Source: Octopus sinensis (taxonomy: Eukaryota). From it: a DNA stretch of 64,000 nucleotides. Each line of letters starts with the position of its first letter. Positions within the stretch are counted from its first letter, which is position 1. The notes under the pieces were generated by a model. The model saw only the letters and a list, made by a program, of their open reading frames with translations. It did not search any database and was not told the origin of the DNA. Positions 38,231-50,658 of this stretch are shown piece by piece. A program made the translations under genes and the position numbers. Location: assembly GCF_006345805.1 (NCBI RefSeq), contig NC_043018.1:28706001-28770000 (forward strand), given 5' to 3'.

Positions 38231-38809
38231 TTAACATAATTCCACTCTGCTGTAAGCATTGAGGGCCAGGTCAAGTCCAAGAATAATCCCCCCTCTCCTC
38301 CTCCTATCACTCTCAGAGGCTTCAGTAAAGAGGGAGTGGGCACTGCACTTCTTTCTCTCACTAAACTATAAAGGATAAGACGTTTACTTGTTTCAGTTAT
38401 TGGACTGTGGCCATGCTGGGGCACTGCCTAGAAGGGTTTAGACAAATAAATCAAGCCCAGTACTTATTTTTCTTTAAAACTTCGTACTTATTTTATTGAT
38501 CCTTCTTTGCTGAACTGCTAAGCTATGCCAACATAAACCAACACTGGTTGTCACACAGTTGCAGGGTACAGACACAAATAGAAAGACACACACACCCACA
38601 ACATGTTTCCCTCAACCAAATTCACTCACATGTCTTGGGTGAGACTGCGGCTATAGAGATAACACTTGCCAAAGTTTCCATACAGTGGGATTGAACCCAG
38701 AACCATGGGGTTGGGAAGAAAAGTTCTTACCACACAGCCATGCTGCACCAGATAAAGAAAAACAACAAAACACAACAAACACAACAACAACCACAATTGC
38801 CTATAATCA

Positions 38810-39175
38810 TCATCATCATCATTTAACATCTGCTTTTCATGCTAGCATGGGTTGGACAACTTGACTGAGGACTGGCGAACCAGATGGCTGCACCAGGCTC
38901 CAATCTGATCTGGCAGAGTTTCTACAGCTTGATGCCCTTCCTAACGCCAACCACTCCAAGAGTGTAGTGGGTGCTTTTTACGTGCCACCGGCACAGAAGC
39001 CAGTTTGCTGCTCTGGCAACAATCAAGCTCAGATGGCGCACTTAATGCATGGATGCCAGTCATCGAATTTGATTTCGATTTTACTTGCCTCAACAGGTCT
39101 TCACAAGCAGAGTTTAGTGTCCAATGAAGGAAAGGTATGCATAAATGGGTTGGTTACACCCCTGGCATAGGCCAC
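38810..39175 (-). mobile_element. RTE 3' UTR fragment
   Basis: (GAT)n tail and homology to the copy 2 3' UTR. Confidence 0.8.
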
Positions 39176-39874
39176 AAGAGAAAGTTACATGTGATCGATT
39201 GATACTGTCAAGTACAAACATGCAACTAAAAGATCAATAATTGTTTTTGACAATAAATCAAGATATAGCTGATGTATTGATTAAATTTCATTATGGTTTC
39301 ATTATTGATTAACCTTTATCCAACCAGCCTATAATCAATGGATTTCAGGCCATGACCATCTCATTTCAAATAAGTACTAGTGGGTAAGTGAAAGACAATC
39401 ATATCGACTCCAGTACTTGACTGGTACTTAATTTATTGACCCTGAAAGGATGAAAGGCAAAGTTGACTTTGGCTGAATTTGAACTCAGAATATAGTGACA
39501 TGCGAAATACTGCTAAGCATTTCATCCAGCATGCTAACATTTCTGCCAGCTTGCCGCCTTCTCTTGAGCTAAATAATGCAGTATTTTGTGTTCTAACACA
39601 ACCTCCATGTTAATCTCTTTCTCTTTACTCTCTTTTACTTGTTTCAGTCATTTGACTGCGGCCATGCTGGAGCACCACCTTTAGTCAAGCAAATCGACCC
39701 CGGGATTTATTCTTTGTAAGCCTAGTACTTATTCTATCGGTCAGTTTTGCCGAACCGCTAAGTAATGGGGACGTAAACAGACCAGCATCGGTTGTCAAGC
39801 AATGCTAGGGGGACAAACACAGTGTTTCACTGGTACTTCATTTATCAACCCCAGAAGGATAAAAGGTAAAGTGG

Positions 39875-40262
39875 TGTCATATGAAATTGTCACCCATAAT
39901 TATGACCCTAGTAGCGATCTATTGTATTTCAATCTGTTTCACGGTTAGAGTTAGGGTTAGGGGTGGGGGGAAAGTTATCTTTTTTTCTTTATAAATGTAA
40001 ATAAACCCGATCTGTTTCTTAAACGAGGGACATATTCATACAGCACAGAATGCTTTTTAACTCATAGATGTCACTGATTGGTTGAAATTGCAGAAATTGA
40101 AGAAAAAAAAAACAACAAATATCTTACAAACTATAGAATTTTCTCAATAAAGCCAAGAGAAAAAGATGTTTTATAAACACATTCTACCAGTATACGAAGT
40201 TTAAAATTTTTTAGTTACCTAGAACTTATGTTAAAAACTGCCATTCAAACCGAAAAGATCCG
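39875..40262. mobile_element. Probable Helentron/HINE-type element with internal ggttag repeats
   Basis: ggttagagttagggttagggg internal tract and a distinct terminal segment; class assignment is inference. Confidence 0.35.
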
Positions 40263-40602
40263 AAATTTTAACAATGACACTTCCTCTATAAGTAGACAAT
40301 GTTCAAGAGACTGCTCATGAAAAAAACCCATATAGCCAAGGGTACCCAGACTACTTGGGCAGGTGCTTTTCCTTAGTTCCTAATTTCTTAATTACAGGTG
40401 TATATTCAGAGTAGGCCTGTTCTCTCACACCTTGCTCAACACTCTCAACAATAATAATGTTAATAATAATAACGATAATTCTTTCAACTATGAGCTCAAG
40501 ATGCTGTCATCACCTTTGATGAGCTGTCATGAGCAAAGCAAAGGTTAGGTTATACAGCTGACTATTCGGTGAGTGGGGTGGTGGACATGAAATAAAAATT
40601 AC

Positions 40603-40675
40603 CTGAAAAAACTTGTACAGGTGAAAAAATTGTAGCTATGTCTTCTGTGAACATGGTTCATACAAGAGTTAATAC
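40603..40675 (-). pseudogene. MFSD11: Disrupted MFSD11 penultimate exon (VLTLV*TMFTEDIATIFS / LYKFFQ)
   Basis: Polypyrimidine+cag acceptor and CAG|gtaatt donor; aligns to human LLSILGFLYSEDSAPAFAIFKFVQ (24 codons, recalled) but is 73 nt with an in-frame TGA. Confidence 0.75.
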
Positions 40676-40679
40676 CTGG

Positions 40680-41170
40680 AAATGAAGAGAGAAAGAGAGA
40701 TGGTGAAAGTAGAGAGGAGTGAGGGGGAAGTGAGAAAGAGAAGTGGTGAGAGTTGAGAGAAGTGGGGGGGGCAGAGAGAAAGAGAAATGGTGAGAGTTGA
40801 GAGAAGTGAGGGGGGGCAGAGAGAAAGAGAAATGGTGAGAGTAGAGAGGAGTGAGGGAGGCAGAGAGAAAGGGAGATGGTGAGAATAGAGAGAAGTGAGG
40901 ATTGGGGGCAGAGAGGTGGTAAAAGTAGAGAGGGTTGACAGAGAGATGATGAGAGTACAAAGGAGTGAGAGAGGAGAGAGGAAGAGAGATGGTGAGAGTA
41001 GAGAAGAGCAAGTGAGGGGAGAGTAAGAAAGGTAGTGAGAGGAGTGGGAAGTGATGGAGTAGAGAGGAAGAGAGATAGTGAGAGTAGAGAAGAGCAAGGG
41101 AGCCGAGAAGACCAATGAGGTAGAGGGTAGAGTTGGAGTAAAGACATTAGAGGGAGAAGGAAAAGAGAAG
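40680..41170. repeat. Purine-rich ~44-bp minisatellite
   Basis: Repeated atggtgagag(t)agaga(g)aagtgagggg units; source of the Leu/Ser/Pro ORFs. Confidence 0.8.
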
Positions 41171-42860
41171 AGGAGACTCATTTTGAAAGCCAATAGAATT
41201 ACTGGTTTAAAGATGGAAGGATAGAGGTTTGGCTGGATGGTTAAAAGCATTTTTTTTTATTGTCATGAGGCTGTGGGTTCAATCCCATGCATAGCATTTT
41301 TGGCAAGTATATTATTTTTTTTATATCCCAGGTGGATTCAGGACTTGTAATTAAAACTAACTAAAAAGAAATGGTTTGGAATTCTGTTGGATGGATTACT
41401 CTTACTCTTTACTCTTTTACTTGTTTCAGTCATTTGACTGCAGCCATGCTGGAGCACTGCCTTTAGTCGAGCAAATCGACCCCGGGACTTATTCTTTGTA
41501 AGCCCAGTACTTATTCTATCGGTCTCTTTTGCCGAACTGCCAAGTCACAGGGATGTAAACACACCAGCATTGGTTGTTAAACAATGTTGGGGGGACAAAC
41601 ACAGACACAAACATATACACACACGTACATATATATACATATATATGATGGGCTTCTTTCAGTTTTATATTTTAGTACATTTTCAACTTTTTCTCAGTAT
41701 TTCCTCCCCCCACCCACACACACGCATATCATGTGATCATGTGATCAACCATTGACCAGCCTATTGAATGTTGTTATACATCGCTGGTCACAATGCATTT
41801 TGCATCGTTTTAGTTTTTGAAAGATGTCACTCTGCTGGCTTGGTATACAGGCCAAGATATGTGTGTGAGTGGTGCATTGTTGTACTCAAGAAGGTCTGCC
41901 CGCTACAGCAGAATCGAGAGCCTAAAACCGAGGTGCCATGGAAAAAGTGGTGCCAGTGCCGTGTAAAAAGCACCCAGTACACTCTGTAAACTGCTTGACA
42001 TTGGGAAGGGCATCCAGCTGTAGAAACCAGGTCAAAACAGACTATGGACTCTTGGTGTGTCCCCTGGTCTTGCCAGTTCCTATCAAGCCATCAAACCCAT
42101 GACAGCATGGAAAACAGATGTTAAATATTGATGATGAGGATGATGGTGATGATGATGATGGTGATGGTGATGGTGATGGTGATGGTGATATGTGATGGGC
42201 TTCTTGCAAATGCTTGCTACCAAATCCACTTACGAGACTTCGATCAGCCTGACACTACAGGAAAAAGCACTTGCCCAAGGTGCTTGGCAGTGGAATGAAC
42301 CTGAGAATGTACGGCTGGAAAGCAAGCTTGTATCTAATTACATGAGATTAATACACTAAGTAGACAATTTCAGACGGCTACAGAATCGTAGATATGCCAT
42401 ATTAATGCCTCGTTTCTTTGAAATAATATATATATATATATATATTTAAGATGCAGAGGAAGAGGAAATCATCTTAGTAGTTGAGGAAGTGCTTACATAT
42501 ATAAATGTAATGAACAATAGTATTAACTATTGCGTTTTGTGCCAATGCCGTCCCTAGGCAAATGGAGGTTGGAAAGATTGTTGAAACAAAAAATAAACAA
42601 AAATAAAAATGATTTCTTACAGAAATATAAACAAGGCGAAAATTTTATGAAGGCACAGTCGATGTTATGAATCCTCGGACCTGTCTGGTGCTTTGTTTTA
42701 CCGAGCATGGCAGAATAAAAGTGAAGATCAACCTCAGAAGGATTTGAACCCAGACGTAAAGGATCGTAACCAACGTCTTGTAAAGTTTTCATTCTGCCAA
42801 AGCTATATTCGATATTTACATTGTCTCCCCTGAACTGTGTAAGAGTTATTTCCCTGAGAA

Positions 42861-42892
<32 letters not shown>

Positions 42893-43640
42893 TGTTGGAG
42901 CTGGAACAGAAGAAATGAGTTGTGATATTTTGCTTTGGCTGTATTCTGGTAAAAATTTCCCTTTAAAAAATTTCAGGGCCACTCGCATCACCGCAACAAA
43001 TCCCATCAAGTATGAGGGATTGTATAAGTTTATTGTTCGTGCAATAAGCTACCAAATTATTACATTCTCTCGATTTCCCGTGATTCAGAAAATTATGTAT
43101 ATTCCAGGAGTCCTTGTTCCTTCTTCAGCACCACATCCGACCTTTTAACCATTCATGAACACATTGCTTAAAGAGCCGCCAAATATAGTGTGTAACACTT
43201 TATATATTAAACAGTTCCTCACCAGGGTTAATAGCTAACATACAACCCACGCAGGTGCATGTAGATATATGAACAAAAGTCCATCAACCATTGCCATTTA
43301 TCATTCAGTCGTGTATATATGTGAGGCTGGCATTAAAGACATTTAAAGTTATCACCTTGTTTCATGTATTTCTTTATATCGTGTTCCAGTCAAATGATAA
43401 TACAGCTTTCTGAGTAGAGTCACACGAGATGGAATACACCTCACCATCTATAAAACCATACACTACCTGAAATGAATGTAGTTTAAGGTACATAACATGT
43501 CTAAATGAAAGACAGGATGTCCATATCTGGAATGCCTCGGAGGTCTGCTGTATAAGGATTATCTTGGACTAGACAACAACAATAATACGTTAATAAAGGC
43601 TCCCCACTTTTTATAAATATGACTGAAAGAATGTTCTTAC

Positions 43641-43704
43641 CTGAGTATTAAAAATGCTATCACCAAATCCAAGTAAAAAGCTACAGACTAACGCTACAGC
43701 AATA
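43641..43704 (-). CDS. MFSD11: MFSD11 (UNC-93-like MFS transporter) 64-nt exon: IAVALVCSFLLGFGDSIFNTQ
   Basis: ctctctttcag acceptor, CAG|gtaaga donor; matches human KEVAILCSFLLGLGDSCFNTQ (recalled) codon for codon in length. Confidence 0.9.
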
Positions 43705-44039
43705 CTGAAAGAGAGAGAGACAACAGCAGCAATAACAACAATATTAGAGATGAAACATGATATACAGCACAATTAGTCAATGGTTGGGGCAATGCACCAG
43801 ATGATAGGAAATGGTTGATTAGGTTTTGTTCATGTCAGTGGAGATTGGGAAATGGTTTAGGAAAGACTATGATTCTACAAGTGAAATAATCACAGCACAA
43901 AAGACATATATTGGTTTCGACTATTGGCACAAGGCTAGCAGTTTCATGGCAGGGTGTAGGTGAATTATATCAAGTACCAGTGGTCAACTGGTACTTGTTT
44001 TATCAACACCCAAAAGGATGAAAGGCAAAGTCGACCTCA

Positions 44040-44090
<51 letters not shown>

Positions 44091-44106
44091 GTAATAATAA
44101 TAATAA

Positions 44107-44980
44107 GGTTTTATCATAGCAGCTCAGGGTTTATCATAGCAGCTCAAGATCAATGCTTACCAACAAGGAACTACCAGGCCAACATATCAAAGAATGGCAG
44201 TACCCCAACATGTCGTGTATGTCAACAACAAAATGAAACCATTGATCATGTTGTCTCCAAGTGCAGTCTTCTAGTGCCTACAGAGTATCTCAAAAGGCAT
44301 GATAGAGCTGCACAATATATTCATTGGGTAATCTGCAAAAACCTGGATTTGCCCCATGAAAAAAACTGGTGGGAACACAAACCACCTCCAGTGTTTGAAA
44401 ATGACCACATCTCACCCCTCTGGAACTTCACCATTCAAACTGACAGAAAGATAGATGCAAATAGGCCAGACATCATATTGAAAGACTTCAAACAAAGAAC
44501 ATGCCCTCTCATTGATATGACTGTCCCAATCGATATAAATGTATCTGTCAAGACCTACCAAAAACTGAGCAAATATAAAGATCTTGAAACAGAAATCAGC
44601 AAAATGTGGAACCTGAAGACTAAAACAATACCTGTTGTCATAGGTGCCCTGGGAATGATAGCAAAAGGGGCTGATCACTACCTATCTCAGATACCAGGAA
44701 ACCCCAAAATGGCAGAAATTCAAAAGATAGTGCTCATGAGAACTGCTCATATCCTACGCAAAATACTTTCTATGTAATCTCAAGTTTTAAAACAAACATA
44801 ATTTCCGTATGTTTTTTTTTTTAGACATTCATTAGAACAACACTAAAAAATAAAACCAAATATATGGCACACTAGGCATAACAACAACATGAACTTCTAA
44901 CCTGTTGTCTCTTGAGGTCTCTGAGTGAGACTTGGAGCCAACTTGTACAAATATAAAGCCAAAGTCAAACATAGAATGAT
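44107..44980 (+). mobile_element. 5'-truncated R4/Dong-clade retrotransposon in a (TAA)n tract
   Basis: Open frame 44127-44777: CRVC-x8-H-x4-C knuckle, RHD, RPDIILKD, IDMTVP, KLSKYKDL; TAA repeats at both ends. Confidence 0.88.
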
Positions 44981-45345
44981 AATAATAATAATAACCACTA
45001 CATGGTAAGGTACAGACATACATACTCAGATGTTACCACATGTTGGTTGTATATAGATTCATCTTTAGAGGAGCTTACCTCATGTTTTATCTTTTATGTT
45101 TGTCATGTTTCAGTCATTGGACTGTGACCAAACAGGGGCACCAACATGAGGGATTTAGCTGAACAAATCAACACCAGTATTTATTTCTAAATCTTGTTCT
45201 TGTTCTACTTGTCTATCACAGAACCACTAAGTTACAGGGCTGTAAACAAAGCAACACTGTTTGTTGTCAAGGGGTGATGAAGGGACAAAAACAAAGACAC
45301 ACACACACAAACACACACACACACGCACGCATGCACACATGTGCA

Positions 45346-45384
<39 letters not shown>

Positions 45385-46199
45385 CACATCTTGGTGATCA
45401 TGTTCGTGAGAAGTCTTGCGTGTGCCCGGATGCTATATATATATATGTATGACGTGTTTAGAGGAGAAAATGAAATTTAAAAAGTTTCACAAATTTTTCA
45501 CAAAAGCCATTTAAATATTTCAAAAGAATATTAATGGTTTAGCTTTGTAATTCTTGTGAGTTAGTGAATTATTGACAAATTTAAGAGTAAATAATTTACG
45601 CTTTAAGTAAACCATTATTGTTTAATAAGTGTTGATATATTGAAGGAAGAAAACAATTGGAATCTTTTTGTTATATCTTTTTAATTTACAGCAAGTTTAT
45701 AGATTTGATTGTGAAATATATTTTACTATTAAACATGGATACATTGACTGAAAATTATATTTTATTTTCTGTTTTGTTTGCAGAACTAATCTAATTTCTC
45801 AACACAATTAGAAAGATATACAAAGAAGTTGAAAAGGAAAGAAAAGAGGATAAAAGTTCATCATATACCTAAGTGAAACAAACTTAAGTAACCGGAAACT
45901 ATTTGTCTCTAAAATGTTTGGAATTTTCAGTGTCCATTAATTATTTGGTACTCCAACTTCAATTTCTAAGTGAAAGAGTGTGAATTAAGCTCTGAATTTT
46001 TTTTTTTTTTTTTTTGTTGTCGTTGCATGGATACAGATGAGGTTTCAAATATATCTTTTAAGATAAAAAAACCAGCTTTTGTAATTCTGCTGAGTATTCT
46101 CTTCCTCCACTGAACACTAATATTATCCCAATATCTGTCTGTCTGTCTGTCTGTCTATCTATCCATCCATCCATCCACCCACCCACCTAACTACCTACT

Positions 46200-46242
46200 T
46201 ATCTATCCATCTATCTATCTATCTATCCATCTATCTATCTAC

Positions 46243-46309
<67 letters not shown>

Positions 46310-46310
46310 C
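46200..46310. repeat. (TATC)n microsatellite
   Basis: Directly visible; another at 62197-62285. Confidence 0.97.
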
Positions 46311-46454
46311 CTGTCTGTCTGACCTTGTTTTAGTCTAGTGCTTGTGCTAGCAGCAGCAGCTCCCTTGCATTGGTAAAAACTTGCTCCTTTTCCCTTTCCA
46401 TATATTGTTCTACTTCTATACTACAATGCTTCAAGCAAACCATAACACTCTTCT

Positions 46455-46745
46455 CATCATCATCATCATCATCGTTTAACATCTGTTCTCCATGCTAGCA
46501 TGGGTTGGACGGTTCGACCGGGAATCTGGGAAGCTAGAAGGCTGCACCAGGCTCCAGTTTGATCTGGCAGTGTTTCTACTGCTGGATGCCCTTCCTAACA
46601 CTAACCACTCCATGAGTGTAGTGGGTGCTTTTTACGTGCCACCGGCACAGGTGCCAGGCGAGGCTGGCAATGGCCATGATCGGATTGGTGCTTTTTTCGT
46701 GCCACCAGCACGGAAGCCAGTCTAGGCGGTGCTGGCATTGGCCAC
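46455..46745 (-). mobile_element. 5'-truncated RTE 3' end
   Basis: Matches the RTE terminus including two tggcacg-type units. Confidence 0.8.
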
Positions 46746-47677
46746 ATAGATAGAAAGAGAGATAGATAGATATGGATGCCCTTCCTAATGCCAACCACTG
46801 TGAGAGTGGTTGGCATTAGGAAGTGCATCCAACTGTAGAAACCTTGCCAGATCAGATTGAAGCCTAGTGCAGCCTACTAGCTAGCCAGTCCCCAGTCAAA
46901 CTGTTCAACCCATGCCAGCATAGAGGTAGCTGATGATGACAATATTGTTCCAGGGAGCACAGAAGAAAGGGATACAACAACTAGCTCTGAATGGTAAAAT
47001 ACACTGATTTTTCTCCATTTGTAAATTCATTTGACAACAAAAAATGCAGGAATCTCAAATGAATTTATGCTCACATGAAATGCAAAGAAAAGTAAATATT
47101 TTATGGTACTTTTCAATAATACGATTGTAAATTTTATTGTGCGAAAAACTAACGATCATTATAGTTTTATTACTTATTTAAAGGGAAAATAAGCATAAAA
47201 AATACCCTTAAGGAAAGAAACAACATTTTTTTGTTTCTTGCCCTTTTGGCACACACTTTCATGCAACCCTTTTCCAATGTTTAAGTATTAATTAAAATGA
47301 CTACCTAGCCACCACTACATCCAACACTATCACCTATTTCTTTACTACCCACAAGGGGCTAAACACAGAAGGGACAAAGACAGACAAACGGATTAAGTCG
47401 ATTATATCGACCCCAGTGCGTAACTGGTACTTATTTAATTGACCCTGAAATGATGAAAGGCAAAGTTGACCTCGGCAGAATTTGAACTCAGAACGTAATG
47501 GCAGACGAAATACCGCTAAGCATTTCATCCGGCGCGCTAACAATTCTGCCAACTCGCCGCCTCTACATCCAACACTACATCCACCACTACATCCACCACT
47601 ATCACCACCAATCACTTTCACACTAGATTTCTATTGAAAATAGAAATAATATATTTCTAAATCTCTCAGAGAGATTT

Positions 47678-48076
47678 ATGCAGTAGCAGCATGATAAAGT
47701 GATAGTATATTATTTACATTATTTACATTCAACGGATATTTGTCCTCATCTTGTTGTTAACACAACGTTTTGGCTGATATGCCCTCCAGCATAGAACTGA
47801 AAGTGATAGTATGTATGTTGTCAACTTAATGTGATAGTCACATAAAAGGGAAGAATGCTACTGTTATTTAGGCCTAGGAAGCACCATTTCCCTTTGGACT
47901 TGACACATTTCCTGTGTCGTTAACTCCACTTTGAAAACATAGGGACACAGGAAATGTGTCAAGTCCAACAGGAAACAGTATTTCCTAGGGCTAAATTGCA
48001 GTAGCATTCTTCCCTTTTATCGGACTGTCACATTAAGTTGACAGCACACTATCACTTTATAGTGCTGCTACTGCAT
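47678..48076. mobile_element. Palindromic MITE-like element with 25-nt loop and a nested retroposed fragment
   Basis: Arms pair up to 47918/47944; insert 47709-47799 flanked by the 13-bp duplication aaagtgatagtat. Confidence 0.8.
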
Positions 48077-48261
48077 GTTTTTATCCTGGCCTTCATTGAT
48101 AGAAATAGCAAATTAACGTATACTGGTTTACTCTTATAGAAGATCAATAAGAAGGGTCAAATGCGAAAAAGAAACAAATATGAAGATGAAACAAACAAAA
48201 AAAAAAAACATGCAGTCATAAGTTTTGTGAAACAGTATATTTTAAGGTGATACCTCTTGAA

Positions 48262-48367
48262 ATCACCTGAGGAGACACATCAACATCAGAGGGTACACCT
48301 AAACCTGTTGTGCAGTAATCCACTCCTGAGGGATTGATGCTAGATGTGTCAAAATGATTGTAGTGAT
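48262..48367 (+). ncRNA. Type I hammerhead ribozyme, decayed at two probable CpG sites
   Basis: atcac CTGAGGA gacacatc...gatgtgtc AAAA tgatt GTA gtgat; perfect 5-bp stem I and 8-bp stem II. Confidence 0.65.
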
Positions 48368-48474
48368 CAATAAAGATTCTTGTATTTTCTATATTCAATC
48401 TCTCTCCTTAATTACATATCCAACGAACATCGGAGAAAGTGAACATGTTTTAACATACCATGCGATTTATTAAC

Positions 48475-48527
<53 letters not shown>

Positions 48528-48529
<2 letters not shown>

Positions 48530-48911
48530 ACAAATAAGAATGCAAGAACCGATTCCTTTCACTCATCAACTTACAGATAATACCAATTCATATTATTTAT
48601 TAACTACTTAAATAGGAACATCCAAATCCAACAGTATAAAACCGAATAAAACAATATACATCAATAAGTAAGATAATACCATAAAAATAATGCATATAAA
48701 AAGAATCTTACAGCTGTTTCAGCCTGTAGATAAAGGTATCTCATTGTGCCTATATTAGTCAAATGTATTGAGGTAATATGCACTGTTTTATTCTGTTTTA
48801 TTCTGTTGGATTTGGATGTTCCTATTTAAGTAGTTAATAAATAATATGAATTGGTATTATCTGTAAGTTGATGATTGAAAGGAATCTGTTCCTCCATTTT
48901 CTTATTTGTAT
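48528..48911. repeat. Inverted repeat with ~125-bp arms; minus-strand GAAACAGCTGTA in the spacer
   Basis: 48528-48655 vs 48784-48911; half-hammerhead at 48709-48720. Confidence 0.8.
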
Positions 48912-49609
48912 TATGATTTTAAGGTAAAATATTTTACCATCGCCCATCTAATACAATAAATGAACTAATTGCATTGCAATTATAAGCATTTATGTATTAG
49001 CCTTTTGGGTACTTCACTAGCATTATATTGGATAACTGGTATCCCATATTGGGTTACACTCATAACCCCTATCCTATCTCATTTTGTACTTTTATATATG
49101 TATATTTATATATATAATAAAGTTAATAAAAGAAATTAGAGAAGAAAATATGTAGTAGATATTTGGTTCATTTTATTTGTATCACAATGGAAAAGTAACG
49201 CAAAGTAAAAGTGATACATATAAGAACAACGATAAAAGAAACCAAATCAACAAAACAACCGCAAAATATCCGAAAAAATCCTACACATGTTTCAATCCGA
49301 CAATATGCTTGAATCATCAACATTCAAACAATTATAGATGTAAGAAACCGTATGTTGCTTTTAACAAACCCTTATGAAGAAATTACATCCTTAAAATTTG
49401 TATGTATGTATATTTATATATATATATATATATGCATGTGTGTGTGTGTGTGCGCGTGTGTGAGCTAGCTAAGAGTCTATAAGTGAAAAAATATGCACTC
49501 GTATATCTGTCAGTGGATTGGGTATATTAATCAAGATGTACAATATTATATATCCATAATGACCAATCTTACAGACAGGTTTTGAACTAGGGTGTTCAAC
49601 AGGATGTTG

Positions 49610-49815
49610 GGTAACAGTCTAATTATGTAACACTGCACTCTTCAGAGGTAGACGTTATGGAATGAAATATGGTGACCGCTCTCTATTGTGAGAGCTGAAC
49701 AGATTTCTATTGTTGGCGGTGTCTATTCACCTCCAGCAATTCAGAGCACTTGGCATATTTCATTCTCTAATGGTTACCTCTGAAGAGCGCCGAGTTACAT
49801 AATCAGACTGTTACC
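49610..49815. repeat. Imperfect inverted repeat, ~73-bp arms
   Basis: ggtaacagtctaattatgtaac...ctcttcagagg vs cctctgaagag...gttacataatcagactgttacc. Confidence 0.75.
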
Positions 49816-49943
49816 TGTTACTTATTTTAGTGCTGTTGACACTGCCAGATTGAATGGTACTGCCCAGCTGTTGAAACCATAATGATATCTGTGGGGCAGC
49901 TGATGATGGAAGTATGTTGGATTGTTGGTATGGCTGTGGAATA

Positions 49944-49986
<43 letters not shown>

Positions 49987-50154
49987 TGTATGTATGTGTA
50001 TATATATATATACATATACATATAGATAGATATAGATATAAAAATTATAAATATTTTTGCAATGCAATAGTATTATTTCCCAGCTTTACATACCATTGTA
50101 CGGTTATCAACTGCTATTTCCAGCAAACACTAGTGCCTTGTTGTGCCACTGTTT

Positions 50155-50245
<91 letters not shown>

Positions 50246-50658
50246 GCATAATTGAGAAAGGGTTAGGAATCCATACAAATCAAAGGTTATAGGTAAAAAT
50301 AAAAAATGGAAACAGCATGGAAGTATATTTAAAGACTGTTTTTACTTTACTTTACTTTAATCAGACAGGATAAGTATTTTGATATTTGTTATAGTATTTA
50401 TAAAAAATATTTCCAGTTTTGATGTCTTATCAATTATGAAAGATTCAAAGTCAAGGATTAAGAAATAAAAAAAAAAACTGGAAATTAAAACAACTTACTC
50501 TCATATTCTTGGTGTTCTTAAAATGTTTATAAAAGTCATTTAGTTTAACTCATATAAAAATACCTAACTTATCTGATTAAAGGAAACAATGTAAAAAGAA
50601 TCTTTACACATACTCCCTTGCTCTTTCTATTTTTACTTTTTACCTAAACACATATATA

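Noticed and set aside
39945-39965. TTAGGG-like repeats as an interstitial telomere
   Set aside because: Only about three imperfect units inside an interspersed element.
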